The notes beneath the pieces were generated by a model. The model was not told the origin of the DNA and searched no databases. It saw nothing but the letters and a program-made list of their open reading frames with translations. A DNA stretch of 63,302 bases, filler included, from Globobulimina sp. (taxonomy: Eukaryota), in NCBI GenBank assembly GCA_003354225.1. It is 40 parts of 40 records of this genome, joined end to end, with 100 filler letters (N's around TTAATTAATTAA, not from the genome) between each part and the next. Parts side by side here need not be neighbours in the genome. Positions count along the whole stretch, not along the records: positions 23,791 to 25,275 come from PIVH01015933.1; positions 25,376 to 26,860 come from PIVH01015934.1; positions 26,961 to 28,445 come from PIVH01015935.1; positions 28,546 to 30,030 come from PIVH01015936.1; positions 30,131 to 31,615 come from PIVH01015937.1; positions 31,716 to 33,200 come from PIVH01015938.1; positions 33,301 to 34,785 come from PIVH01015939.1; positions 34,886 to 36,370 come from PIVH01015940.1; 32 more parts are not named here. The stretch is one strand, 5' to 3'. A program made the position numbers and the translations under genes. The number at the start of each line of letters is the position of its first letter. Positions within the stretch are counted from its first letter, which is position 1. Below are positions 23,816 through 34,887 of this stretch, piece by piece.

Positions 23816-24916
23816 TTGAACGGAGTTTTATCTCATTATAATGCACATGCAATAATTAATAATTTACCAAAACAAAAGAGGAAAAGAATGAATTTGATTG
23901 TTAATGGGGCACATTCTTCATTTTTAATTAATAATTTATTAAATAAAAAAATATTATATTCAAATTCGTTGATAAAATTACAATTAAAATCATTGAAATT
24001 GGACATATTATTATCATTATTATTAAATTATAGTTTTAACAAATTAAAAGAATTAAAAATTGGAATGGTTTATACCAAACACAATAAAATCACAAATATT
24101 CTGCAGAAATATGCTCATTTGCTCGAATTACAAAATAGAAATCAGAAAATTACAACATTCCCCAAATTAGAAACATTACAAATTGCTGGCTGTTTAATAC
24201 AAAATAACACGAATAATAATAATATGATTGACATATTTTCATACGAAGACATATTTAAATTATTTTGTTTATTAATTGGTGAAATAATATCGGCCAAACA
24301 GATGAAATCAGTAAATATAAGTTTGCTGGAAATGGATTTTTTAAATAAATATAAATTAACACAAAATATGCAATCAATTGTAAATAAAAATAATTACATC
24401 AATGATTTAAATATTTGTTTATATTCGACCCAATCAAATATTATCGCTGCGAATTATATTTTAAATCAATTAAAAAAACAAGAAATGCCGAAACATATTC
24501 ATATTCATTTCGATTTAAATCAAGAGCAACAAAGAGAAGGCATACAATCAATAAATAATAATATGAATTTTGCCGAAATGGCACAGATTGTTATTGATTT
24601 ATTGCAAAATATATCGGAATGTGTGCGCTTATCATTGTATTCAACATCAAATGGTTATGATTTACAGAGTAATTCCTGTTATTCATCGGACTCAGTCTCA
24701 ATGTTATTGCTACAAATTATAAAAAAATGTCAACATTTGGATTCCTTCAAACCGTTATTAAGAATTGATTTAAATCATACAATAAATGTTCAAGAAGGGC
24801 ATGTATTTAATGTATTTAATAAAAAAAAATATGATCAATATTTACATAAAATAGTGACTGATTTAAAATCGGTTTATTGTAACATCTGTTTCTTGTATAA
24901 ACATAAAATCCAATGA
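23816..24916 (+). CDS. Hypothetical protein, degenerate LRR-like (5'-partial)
   Basis: 366-aa ORF with F..L..L.I repeats. Confidence 0.5.
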   Translation: MNGVLSHYNAHAIINNLPKQKRKRMNLIVNGAHSSFLINNLLNKKILYSNSLIKLQLKSLKLDILLSLLLNYSFNKLKELKIGMVYTKHNKITNILQKYAHLLELQNRNQKITTFPKLETLQIAGCLIQNNTNNNNMIDIFSYEDIFKLFCLLIGEIISAKQMKSVNISLLEMDFLNKYKLTQNMQSIVNKNNYINDLNICLYSTQSNIIAANYILNQLKKQEMPKHIHIHFDLNQEQQREGIQSINNNMNFAEMAQIVIDLLQNISECVRLSLYSTSNGYDLQSNSCYSSDSVSMLLLQIIKKCQHLDSFKPLLRIDLNHTINVQEGHVFNVFNKKKYDQYLHKIVTDLKSVYCNICFLYKHKIQ

Positions 24917-25480
24917 CAAAAATGTTTTATGTAACAATGTTAATGTTATATTCATACGCATGCTATTCTAAAGTACATATTGTATATCTCAGACTGCATA
25001 AAAGGGATCGATGTAAATGTCACAGAAACTTAACAGCAAAAACTAAATTAAAATTTACAAAAAAAAACTTGTTCAAAATCAAAAATAAAAATCATAAAAA
25101 ACCAATAAATATACAATTATCAACAATTAAGATTACAATCGGTCAATACATAAGGTATCTTCTTTAAAATCCTCTGCATTTTTTGTGATATGTAATGATA
25201 TTTTAAATTGTGTTTGATTTAATTGATTTAACTCTTTATTCATTGAAATATATTCATTATAAATCCAACTACGACNNNNNNNNNNNNNNNNNNNNNNNNN
25301 NNNNNNNNNNNNNNNNNNNTTAATTAATTAANNNNNNNNNNNNNNNNNNNNNNNNNNNNNNNNNNNNNNNNNNNNCAAGTATCGAATTCGTACTCATATA
25401 ATCTATTATGTGACCCGACATTAATTTGGAATTATTCTCCAGTTCCAACAGCTTTCAATTTTAATCACACATCTTGTGAA

Positions 25481-26689
25481 TTGCAAGTATCACAAAGTGT
25501 AAACAGTGTAGAGCATGCTTTAATTGATGTTGCTTTAATATTTTCTAATCCTTCAAATTACCCATTAAATTTCACAATAATTGGAAATGCCGTATGTTCG
25601 TTTGGAATAACATATAAAATAGGTAGTACCTATTCTGGATTTCTGCCTCCGACAGGTCCAAAAACAATAACTTATGAATGGAGATCGGCAACATCCGACC
25701 GTGTGTATTATTATTTGGATGGAGAACTCCAATACAGTGCAGGAAACCCTATGTCTGAGGTTGCGGCGCGCGCATCTTATATTACTGAGGTTGGATTCCA
25801 CGTAGAAACAGACCAAATCCCAGGTAATATAGACCTGATAGTGAGTTATGCGCAGTTAAATCAATTAACAATGAATCCTACATCAACTCCAACATCAAAC
25901 CCAACAACCTCAACTCCAACAACATCAAACCCAACAACATCAAATCCAACCACTTCAATGCCTACTCTTGGGCCAATCACGTCGGAGCCAACAACCATAA
26001 CTCCCACAACATCGAATCCAACAACACGTATTCCAACAACACTGATTCCAACAACTACAACTTCTGTACCAGTACCTAGTGGCACACCGAACAGATCTGA
26101 TGAAAATGGACCGGTTTCTGATATTAGCACAACCATTCTCAACTTGGCAAATGATGGCAATAAAAAGTATGATCAAAGTCAAATAATTAATCAATCGCTT
26201 GTTATCATTGTGATTTGCGCAATGTCTGTGTTGATGGTTATTTTTATAATATTTATTTACCGCATATATATATCCAGAAGATCCAAACAAAAAATTGTTG
26301 AACACAATACAAGCGCTGCTTATTCACAATCTGACAAACAAACGAAACGAGTTCAATTGGAACTAGGTCCGGTAAAATCAACTCCATTGCAAACAGATAT
26401 GGTATATATTGATAGTGACACAAACATAGGAAACGATGAATTTGTTGATTTCATTCATGATGCAAAGGATAATAAAGTAGGGAAACGTGTTGGATTGATG
26501 TCACAGAAAAGTGGCGAACAATTGATTGGATATGATATGGATAATGCAAATGATGAGGAAGTTATTGGAGATCATATGATTTCGCCAAAAGAATCTGAGG
26601 GAATGGTTGAACACATCTATGATGAACAACATGATGATGAATTCGAAATAATTGGAGATGATATAACGCCGACTGTAAAAACTGCTTAA
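25481..26689 (+). CDS. Cell-surface protein with TSNPT mucin-like stalk and one TM helix (5'-partial)
   Basis: About 12 PTT(S/T)x repeats, hydrophobic helix, acidic tail with DDEF.IIGD repeats. Confidence 0.85.
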   Translation: MQVSQSVNSVEHALIDVALIFSNPSNYPLNFTIIGNAVCSFGITYKIGSTYSGFLPPTGPKTITYEWRSATSDRVYYYLDGELQYSAGNPMSEVAARASYITEVGFHVETDQIPGNIDLIVSYAQLNQLTMNPTSTPTSNPTTSTPTTSNPTTSNPTTSMPTLGPITSEPTTITPTTSNPTTRIPTTLIPTTTTSVPVPSGTPNRSDENGPVSDISTTILNLANDGNKKYDQSQIINQSLVIIVICAMSVLMVIFIIFIYRIYISRRSKQKIVEHNTSAAYSQSDKQTKRVQLELGPVKSTPLQTDMVYIDSDTNIGNDEFVDFIHDAKDNKVGKRVGLMSQKSGEQLIGYDMDNANDEEVIGDHMISPKESEGMVEHIYDEQHDDEFEIIGDDITPTVKTA

Positions 26690-26960
26690 ATAAATGTTTT
26701 CGCTCACAAACGGTGCAAGAATTAGACCTTGTAACCTTTATAGTTAATATAGTTTTGAAAGATTTTCACAGTGCACAAATATAATCGTTAAAATGACTTT
26801 TTTTTTGCATTTTGGAGGAGGAATTGCAAGAAAGCACATGACAAAAAAAAACAATTCAAANNNNNNNNNNNNNNNNNNNNNNNNNNNNNNNNNNNNNNNN
26901 NNNNTTAATTAATTAANNNNNNNNNNNNNNNNNNNNNNNNNNNNNNNNNNNNNNNNNNNN

Positions 26961-27025
26961 TTCCAAAGTTGTCACGAATTTAAAAAAAGCCGCCCCTTGC
27001 GGTCCTGTGCAGTGCTGGGTTAGGC
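26961..27025 (-). mobile_element. Integron attC site, truncated by the contig end
   Basis: GCCTAAC (RYYYAAC) begins immediately after the TAG stop, followed by CCAGCACTGCACAGGACC, typical of attC left arms; R' not in the contig. Confidence 0.7.
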
Positions 27026-27847
27026 CTATGAGAATGCATGAAGATACTCAGGTATTAATTTTTCATGCGCTGTTTGTGCATTGATTAGAATTAATGCACT
27101 CAATGCTTTCTCTGCGTTTGGATCTCCGCATGAGCCGAACATTTTTGCCATATGCTTGACTACTGACTCTATTAAGTAGGGCTTTGAATCCGCTATGCAT
27201 TGAGATACTAAAGACTCCAATTCATGAAGTTGATTATATGCTTCATTTTCAACCTGCTTATATGCAGGCGTTCCCATAATGCTTTCAGGGCTTTCTTTAT
27301 CTACCATTCCTACAACTATTGAATGCATGATGCTATTCCATACACTACTATGCACATTTAATTTTGATTTTTCCTTTGCAAAGAATATTGATGCATATAG
27401 TGATGCATAGCAGTTCCAATATATATCTTTACCATTTCCTTGGCTTGAGTTTTCTATGCCTTCATTAATTGCATATTCTTTGTGTGTTTCTAAAGCAACA
27501 TCAAATTCACTTATTTTATACCCAAAATCATTGCTTCGTTGAATTTCGACTTCATTACTTTCTATAGTTAGCCATCTTTCTATTGAGATAAAATCATCTA
27601 ATGGTTCATAATTGCAAGGATTCAGAAGAAACACTTTGCCTTCTTTATACGATATATATGCCTCATTTTCATCACGCTGCAGTTTTACATTTTTGTAGCC
27701 AGATTTATCGTCAAAGAATCCTGTTGCAACCCAATTCATATTTGCAGCTTGCCTTCCCAGGACATGTGAAGGATGTGTGTATGCCTTCCAGCACCTGTGG
27801 GCAACAATTATAACAATAGCAATTAAACTTACCCACCACCAATTCAT
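27026..27847 (-). CDS. Integron cassette gene: 273-aa membrane-anchored hypothetical protein
   Basis: Likely start MNWWWVSL at 27847, 26 nt after R', with a GGGAG RBS. The ORF-track start at 28048 reads through the attC and is unlikely. Confidence 0.8.
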   Translation of the reverse strand: MNWWWVSLIAIVIIVAHRCWKAYTHPSHVLGRQAANMNWVATGFFDDKSGYKNVKLQRDENEAYISYKEGKVFLLNPCNYEPLDDFISIERWLTIESNEVEIQRSNDFGYKISEFDVALETHKEYAINEGIENSSQGNGKDIYWNCYASLYASIFFAKEKSKLNVHSSVWNSIMHSIVVGMVDKESPESIMGTPAYKQVENEAYNQLHELESLVSQCIADSKPYLIESVVKHMAKMFGSCGDPNAEKALSALILINAQTAHEKLIPEYLHAFS

Positions 27848-27873
27848 ATTTTTACTCCCATATAATTTTCTGG

Positions 27874-27947
27874 ACCTAACACCCCAAATAACCGGTTCAA
27901 ATAGAGCGTAGCGGAATTTGTATCCGTGTTCATTTGGATTGTTAGGC
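27874..27947 (-). mobile_element. Complete integron attC site (74 bp)
   Basis: GCCTAAC-AATCC-AAATGAAC...GTTATTT-GGGGT-GTTAGGT: R'', 5-nt spacer, 8-nt L'' with one extra base, 7-nt L', 5-nt spacer, R'; inner stem CGG..CAAAT/ATTTG..CCG. Confidence 0.92.
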
Positions 27948-28445
27948 AAATGAACACGCACCTTGATGAAGTCCATGATATTTCTTATACCGAAAATCTC
28001 TTGAGTCCTTGAAGCAATCTGGCAACCCTTTTGGAAATCGCTCACCACCTATAAAAACGAGTACTTTCGATAGATATGAGTTTACCCTGATCCAAGTATT
28101 ACGAAAGGACTCTATTATCTCTTCATCAAAACCTTCAATGTGCCACTCTCGAATTAAAGCTAAAACTTGAACTTCATCAGGCGCTAATACTTGCATCAAA
28201 ATTGGATCTTTTTCCGACATTTTTAAAAATCGTTGAATAGCCAAATCACTATCTTCAAAGGGATCAACATAGAAGCCAAATTGCATTTTAATTGTATATC
28301 CTCGGATAGAGGCCACAAATGCTTTACTTCCAGGCTTTAACATTGATTTGTGAACAATGTGACGACGATGTCGAATTATTTGCGAGAAAAGGTGATCTTC
28401 TAATTCTAATGCCTTCCTTACAGGCTTATGCCAAGCAGGAAAGCC
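27942..28445 (-). CDS. Integron cassette gene: hypothetical protein (5'-partial)
   Basis: Frame open from the contig end (GFPAWHKPVRKALELEDHLFSQIIRHRRHIVHKSMLKP...); TAA stop lies inside R'' (GCC TAA C). Confidence 0.8.
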   Translation of the reverse strand, partial: GFPAWHKPVRKALELEDHLFSQIIRHRRHIVHKSMLKPGSKAFVASIRGYTIKMQFGFYVDPFEDSDLAIQRFLKMSEKDPILMQVLAPDEVQVLALIREWHIEGFDEEIIESFRNTWIRVNSYLSKVLVFIGGERFPKGLPDCFKDSRDFRYKKYHGLHQGACSFA

Positions 28446-28641
28446 NNNNNNNNNNNNNNNNNNNNNNNNNNNNNNNNNNNNNNNNNNNNTTAATTAATTA
28501 ANNNNNNNNNNNNNNNNNNNNNNNNNNNNNNNNNNNNNNNNNNNNTCTCTGTCACCACAGCAATTAAAAATTATTATTCCTAGGATTTTTGAATGTAAAT
28601 CGCTTGAATATTTTGGAATTGAGGTAAACGATAAAAATTAT

Positions 28642-29055
28642 ATGTCAATATTGGATGGGATCGAAGTTGGTTTATTTCAAAACAAAAAAATAAAAAGAAA
28701 ACAGCTTAAAATTAGAGTGAATGGGGAGAGAAAATCAAAAATTGATTTGAAAGGTGTAATTTTTAATATTTCTCGAATTGTATTATTGTTGGAATCATCA
28801 AAAATAAATGATTTTATGTTTATTTGTGATATGAACAGAATGAATAAAAAAGATGTAAAGGAATTGGATACAAATGATATTGTAAATGATTTAAATGATA
28901 TTTCAAGAAATATCAAAATAGCTATAAATGGATTTTGTTTTGTAATTACAAATAGAAATTGTAACATATGCGGATGGAATGAACGTTGGTTAATTCGACT
29001 GTCGGACATAATGCAAATTTTGAACTTCAGCAAGTATAAAGATGGAAATTTTTGA
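28642..29055 (+). CDS. Hypothetical protein C-terminal fragment
   Basis: AT-rich ORF; ITN.NC.ICGW.E.W motif near the end. Confidence 0.4.
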   Translation: MSILDGIEVGLFQNKKIKRKQLKIRVNGERKSKIDLKGVIFNISRIVLLLESSKINDFMFICDMNRMNKKDVKELDTNDIVNDLNDISRNIKIAINGFCFVITNRNCNICGWNERWLIRLSDIMQILNFSKYKDGNF

Positions 29056-29353
29056 TCAATGATCAGTGTTACTGTTAAGGCACAGTTGCCAATCAGTTAG
29101 AACTCGGTACTTCGAAAAATTGTTCGTTTTTCCATTTGAAAGCTGTCATATCACTCATATGATTAGTTATCATTAATATAAGTACAGGTTATATGTATTA
29201 AAAACGAGTGATATAACCAAGTTATACCCCGAGTTGATTATACATATAACCAATGTCTAGCATCATGGAAATTATATACACACAACAAACGTTTATCAAA
29301 TGTCATGAGTCTAACGACACCCCGGAAAATTGTCCACAACAAATATTTGTGCA

Positions 29354-30030
29354 TCATGAGTTTTCAATACTCACATAACTGATTTGTCCCATAGAAACTT
29401 CTGTATCAATGTCATTCTGTGTAGCAATAACGCGAGTTTTTGCCTTATGCACTCTGGATAATGTTCCATCATTATGTCGCAGATCTTGATAATATAATAT
29501 GACATAAACGATTGTAGATAAAACAAGTAACCATAGAGTGAAATATTGCACCCGCTCATATTTTTGCGGTCCATCATCGTCCGTCATACAGCAATAGTTC
29601 CAAACCTCGTTGCTGTTGCAAATCCAAAAGCAGTCCTATATTAAATGAAAGTCATTGAATGGCAAAACGAGTGTTTCTGTCGAATCAAAGCAATAAAAAA
29701 CAACAACAAACCCAATGGCTCTATCAGTAATCAGCAGAGGTACTGCAGCCCAAACGATAGGATAAGTTCCTAAAGAAACTCCACTCAAAAATGCTCCAAA
29801 AAAAGCCCAAAATTCATGGTTATTGATCCAACCATATATATAACCTCCAGAAAAAGCACATATATTCATCACAAATAATAATTCACATTTTCCAATCCTT
29901 GTAGTTAGTCGACCAGTGACCAAATATCCAAAGACTTGGGTAATAGTACCAAACAATGAAATTGATGTTGCAAATTCGTACGAATATTGAAACATATGAT
30001 GAATAAAACTAATACTAATATTTAATGACG
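29354..30030 (-). pseudogene. MFSD1-like transporter C-terminal half; intron 29636-29711; frameshift or deletion ~29590
   Basis: G+S.G.Y..+W..VPL++....IG|TAFG; final TM and D....G.L tail lie in another frame. Confidence 0.7.
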
Positions 30031-30134
30031 NNNNNNNNNNNNNNNNNNNNNNNNNNNNNNNNNNNNNNNNNNNNTTAATTAATTAANNNNNNNNNNNNNN
30101 NNNNNNNNNNNNNNNNNNNNNNNNNNNNNNTTAT

Positions 30135-30560
30135 TTGAAAGAATGTGCAAGAAATGCAAAAATATTCAATATAAATAATATTATACCCACATTGAACGAG
30201 GGCTCGTTGGATTTAAATGGAGTGAAAGTTGATTTTATATTTTCCCTCATTGCGATACAACACAATCCTCCGGAAATGCAGCAATTTATAATTAAAAAAT
30301 TATTACAATTGCTAACAAAAAATGGTGTGGCATACTTACATATTCCATACGGTATAAAAAACGAAAGATTGCATTCCGAGGATCACCAGATTGAAATGGC
30401 GAAAAATAAAACTGTAATGCAAATGCACTATACCCCAACCATTCTAATTGAATATATTATACGGGAACAAAATTGCAAACTTATAGCATTTTGGGAGAAA
30501 GTTCACGTAAACAACCAAAGTAATTTTAAGCATGGAATATTTCTGATACAGAGAAATTAA
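30135..30560 (+). CDS. Class I SAM-dependent methyltransferase, C-terminal fragment
   Basis: DFIFSLIAIQHNPP and LL..L...GVAYL.IP motifs. Confidence 0.7.
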   Translation: MKECARNAKIFNINNIIPTLNEGSLDLNGVKVDFIFSLIAIQHNPPEMQQFIIKKLLQLLTKNGVAYLHIPYGIKNERLHSEDHQIEMAKNKTVMQMHYTPTILIEYIIREQNCKLIAFWEKVHVNNQSNFKHGIFLIQRN

Positions 30561-30633
30561 ATTAAATCCTTGCAAGTGGAGTTTTGCTGTTATGTAATGA
30601 TTTTGATGTTTTTGCTGTGTGCGTTTTCGTTTC

Positions 30634-30675
30634 GTTTCGTTTCAACGATTAGCAAAGTTTTCGGGTTGTAGCTAC
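30634..30675. repeat. Arm fragment of MITE family A
   Basis: GTTTCGTTTCAACGATTAGCAAAGTTTTCGGGTTGTAGCTAC matches the arms of 57354-57565. Confidence 0.7.
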
Positions 30676-30764
30676 CGTGGTAATTTAAAAAAAAAACTAT
30701 AAATTATTAAATATGAATGAACAAAACAGCCAAACAAACACGGTCAAAATATAATAATTACTCC

Positions 30765-31615
30765 TCACTGCTTAGTTCTTTGTTTCTTAAGTTTCGGTGG
30801 TATGTTATCACTATTTCCATTTCCATCCATTCTCTTTCTTTTCTTTCCACTCAATCTATTATTTTTCCTTTTATTTGTATTCTTATCCTTATTTTTATTC
30901 TTTCTCTTACTGTTTGAAGACGGCATAACCTTAAAAAAACAATCCAATCTTTTCTGCGCCGATTTGCCTTTACATTTTTTGAGCCGTTCAATGCCTTTCA
31001 GCACTCTGTTGATTTCAAAACTCATTTTGTCCACCAAATACGCCGTCAACTCTTTCTCTTTCGGCAAATCCCAACTAAACTTTGGCAAATCTTTCGCGTC
31101 CGTCACGTCGGGCATTTTGAACAACTCCCTCGCTTTCGCATATTGCCAATTCTCGGGGATTACATATCTCGCTTCAGACCGGATGTTGTTTAATATGCCT
31201 TCAATGTTCTTCCATTTCTTAATGAAGTCATAGGCGCGAACCGGCCCAATGCCGCGAATCGAGGGACAATAATCGCAACCGCACAGGATACAGATATCAA
31301 TAAATTGGTCCATGCTCACCTCCATTCCGCTTAACACTTTTTTCAAATCGAATTCTAACACTGGTTTTTTCCGCGCTTCACTGTCCGTCAAATGCCGCAC
31401 TAATTTCTGAGTGCCAAAGGTCAACGCGTCCATATCTTCCGTGCCTGCGCCATACACAATGCCTTGCGCACACATTCGAGCCGCTTGCGCTTCGGCCTCG
31501 CCAGGGGCAGCATACCACGGCACTCCCATATAAGTCAGCAACACCTGCACCTCGCGCACATGCTGCTGGTTCACCTTTACTGTGCGTTTTTGCATTTGCA
31601 CCACTCGCTCCATGT
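30765..31615 (-). CDS. FEN1: Flap endonuclease 1 (5'-partial)
   Basis: EAEAQAA, TEDMDALTFG, FIDICILCGCDY, GIGP; PIP box QKRLDCFF; basic tail. Confidence 0.97.
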
Positions 31616-32184
31616 NNNNNNNNNNNNNNNNNNNNNNNNNNNNNNNNNNNNNNNNNNNNTTAATTAATTAANNNNNNNNNNNNNNNNNNNNNNNNNNNNN
31701 NNNNNNNNNNNNNNNTTCAAAGGGTAAATCATTTAATGGTAATGTTTTTCGCACTTTTTTTGATTCAATTTGTTTTAATTGGTTTGAATTTCTTGCTAGA
31801 ATTATTTTTGAGATAATTTTTATTGTTTCTGTTAATTTTGTTGTATTATTTGTATCCGTTTTCATTTGCGCAGAAAATGAATAGAATAATCCTTTTAAAA
31901 TTGTGCTTCGAATATCTAAATGTGCTGTTTTAATAAATAAGTCAAACTCATTTTGTAACAATGAAATGGTTAAAAGATAAAAAATCAGAAACTGTTTTAA
32001 ATGTCAGGTTTAAAAATGCACTGAAAAATAAAAGTTCACAGCCGTTTGCAAGTTTGCAGAAATATCGGACAAATGGATATACATAGAGCTAACATATGAT
32101 TATTATCAATAATTTATCGCACACTTTTTCATTTAATCGTTATCTTTTATCCTTGCACAAACAAAAAACAAAATAGATGTTTAT

Positions 32185-33030
32185 TTAATCTTGATCTTTG
32201 CTTAAAATTTGCAGTCTCACTAAGTTTACTTTATGTTTCTTAAATGCTTGATACAATTTGCCGGCATTAAAGGTGATAGATGCGGTGTGCTGAATGATTA
32301 AAATAAATAAAAATGTGACACAGATAAATAATATGATCCTTGCGATAGAATAGAATATGCATTGAATAATTTTTATTGGATTGGTGCAATAACTCAATAT
32401 ATTCTTTACATGCTTTAAAATAGAAATTGCAATTTTTCGTATCCATAGTATCGGATTTAAATAATGAAAAAATAATTTTATATTATTTTTGATTCCATGG
32501 AATGATGACAAACCAGAATTCGTTATGCGTTTAATCACTATAAATGCACTAAAAAATCTATTCCATCCAATGCTTTTATTTATATTTGCTCTTAAATTGA
32601 GGTTTTGAATCCGACCAAATTTATTCATTGATTTAATAAATGCCTTTGATACTAAACTTAATGTGGTGGATTGAAATAATATCCATGCAATTTGCAAACC
32701 CATTTTTTGCAACAATTTCAGATTTGTATTATCAAATAATAATCGATAAAAAAATGTATTCCATGATACGGGCGATATTCGTATTCGATAATCGCCGCGA
32801 CATTCGGTGCATTGTAAGGTGCGAGTTGTGGATTGATGTTGCAATATATTTATGCGTAAAGAGGATGCATGTTTGGTTTTTATCCATTGGGCCAAACATT
32901 CCTGGTGGACGTATTTGGATGTTCCTCCACAATCGCATGGTGATATTAAATTTAATGCATTTTTACCATCCAAGCAATATCTACACAATTGATCTTCATC
33001 ATCATCTGATAATTGTGATTTCGAATCCAT
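32185..33030 (-). CDS. RING-CH (MARCH-type) E3 ligase-like membrane protein
   Basis: CRYC...LISPCDC.GT.KYVH..CL..W...C..C plus hydrophobic segments. Confidence 0.88.
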   Translation of the reverse strand: MDSKSQLSDDDEDQLCRYCLDGKNALNLISPCDCGGTSKYVHQECLAQWIKTKHASSLRINILQHQSTTRTLQCTECRGDYRIRISPVSWNTFFYRLLFDNTNLKLLQKMGLQIAWILFQSTTLSLVSKAFIKSMNKFGRIQNLNLRANINKSIGWNRFFSAFIVIKRITNSGLSSFHGIKNNIKLFFHYLNPILWIRKIAISILKHVKNILSYCTNPIKIIQCIFYSIARIILFICVTFLFILIIQHTASITFNAGKLYQAFKKHKVNLVRLQILSKDQD

Positions 33031-33789
33031 TCAATCTCAAAAACTATGTACGTGAAAAAACTCAAAAACCGCTGTTTGAATTAGCTATTTCTCACTTCAT
33101 AATTGGTCGATAATAATATTATAACAGCTGCAATCGTGAAATACTCTCATAATGGATGATGTTTTCATCAATATATTCTCAATATAAATATAGAGCATTC
33201 NNNNNNNNNNNNNNNNNNNNNNNNNNNNNNNNNNNNNNNNNNNNTTAATTAATTAANNNNNNNNNNNNNNNNNNNNNNNNNNNNNNNNNNNNNNNNNNNN
33301 ATCCATACAATATTATAATAAGTGATTCATGGCATTGTTTAATTGTGTTACTTTGTTGTGCTCTTTCTCACCGGCATGAACACCACAAACAAAAATACAT
33401 AAGAACTATTTATCGACAGTTGCAATTGCTTGAAAATCATATTTTGGAGCATCCATATCGACTGAATCTCTGCGTGCAAACTAGATCCTTTCTAATCGTC
33501 TATATCCTTCTCCTTATTCCAACGTAACATTTTAAATTGTTTCCGTTCCATCCAAATAATATGCAATGCCTTTTTCTATCTGTATTACATAAACCGATTT
33601 TATTATTATACCAAAAACGACAAGGACATAAACACAATGAATCAATCCTCAAAATCAAAATCAACTCTGTTTGCTCATTAATAATTTACAACAACAAAAT
33701 ACTATGCAGCATTTAACATCGCTTTGACCGATTGTTTATGACATAAAATTGAATGAAATACCTAGCTGCAAGTTCTTGATTTTGTTTCA

Positions 33790-34050
33790 TATTTTTTAGA
33801 AATAGAAGCAAACGATTGTTCACCGACAATTCGCCAAGTCAATGTATTAAATATTCGTACTGTATTACCATATGGGCCAATGGATAAATATTTATTATTT
33901 TTAGTAAATGAAAAACATGCCATTCCTAATTCAAATACTGTTCTGCCGCTGTATATATCATAAATTTATATAATATATATTGATTATTATCAGACCGTAG
34001 TCACTGTACATCATATACATGTAAATCTGCAATAAAATATCCATAATATT
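33790..34050 (-). pseudogene. Degenerate WRAP73/WDR8-like WD40 fragment
   Basis: Hand translation across frames: LYKFMIY... then LGMACFSFTKNNKYLSIGPYGNTVRIFNTLTWRIVGE; broken by indels and stops. Confidence 0.4.
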
Positions 34051-34736
34051 TGAAACCTATAACCAAATCATTAATTAAATTAGTTAGAAACGCGATATGT
34101 GTCTGACAGTGTATACATACTCTCAATGCCTAAATCATGATATTTCTTGTCAAGTCGCGCGAGATTCGGTGGATTCAGTTCCTAGATGATGGGACAACTG
34201 ATTTCTAAGGTTTGTTTGACAAAGATTGGGTTGACGTCGATGCTTTCAAAAGATTTCAAAAAAAATGAAGTGTTGACCAGCGCCAAAACTTCACAACTGT
34301 GTAAATGACTAATAAAGTTGCACCAATGGCAAAACCATCCGGTGAGAAAATACATAAGATATGTATCTATAAGCTGTGAAAAAATAAAATTGTTTGAAGC
34401 AAGTTACATGGAGTTACAATCAGGTCCAAATCAGCTCAAAAAGCACTACCAACGACCCGGGAGTATAGGATTTCTACCTATCGTACGTGGGATGAGCGGG
34501 GAATCAATCTGACCTCCCTAGATATTATCTAACTATCCTGTGCATATTCATACTTTTTTCTTTGTTTTTTATTTTTGTGAATTTGGTCATGATCACAGTT
34601 TGTGTGTTGTGTGTATGTTATTTGACTTTTAGGTTCACATTTCTAAACACTTCTTTTGTGTGTGTTCCGGAGTTCAGTCTGGCCAGGCAGACTCAGAAAT
34701 CCTCCGTAGCCAAAACTGCCGGACGATATATTTTGT

Positions 34737-34785
34737 GATTGGCAAGGTTTTTGGGTTAGCTAGAGTGGTTTTCAACTTTGAATAC
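34737..34785. repeat. Arm fragment of MITE family A at the contig end
   Basis: GATTGGCAAGGTTTTTGGGTTAGCTAGAGTGGTTTTCAACTTTGAATAC is nearly identical to ~57396-57444. Confidence 0.9.
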
Positions 34786-34887
34786 NNNNNNNNNNNNNNN
34801 NNNNNNNNNNNNNNNNNNNNNNNNNNNNNTTAATTAATTAANNNNNNNNNNNNNNNNNNNNNNNNNNNNNNNNNNNNNNNNNNNNAG

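Noticed and set aside
27848..28048. N-terminal 67 aa of the 340-aa ORF
   Set aside because: It overlaps the upstream gene and crosses the attC; an RBS supports the ATG at 27847.
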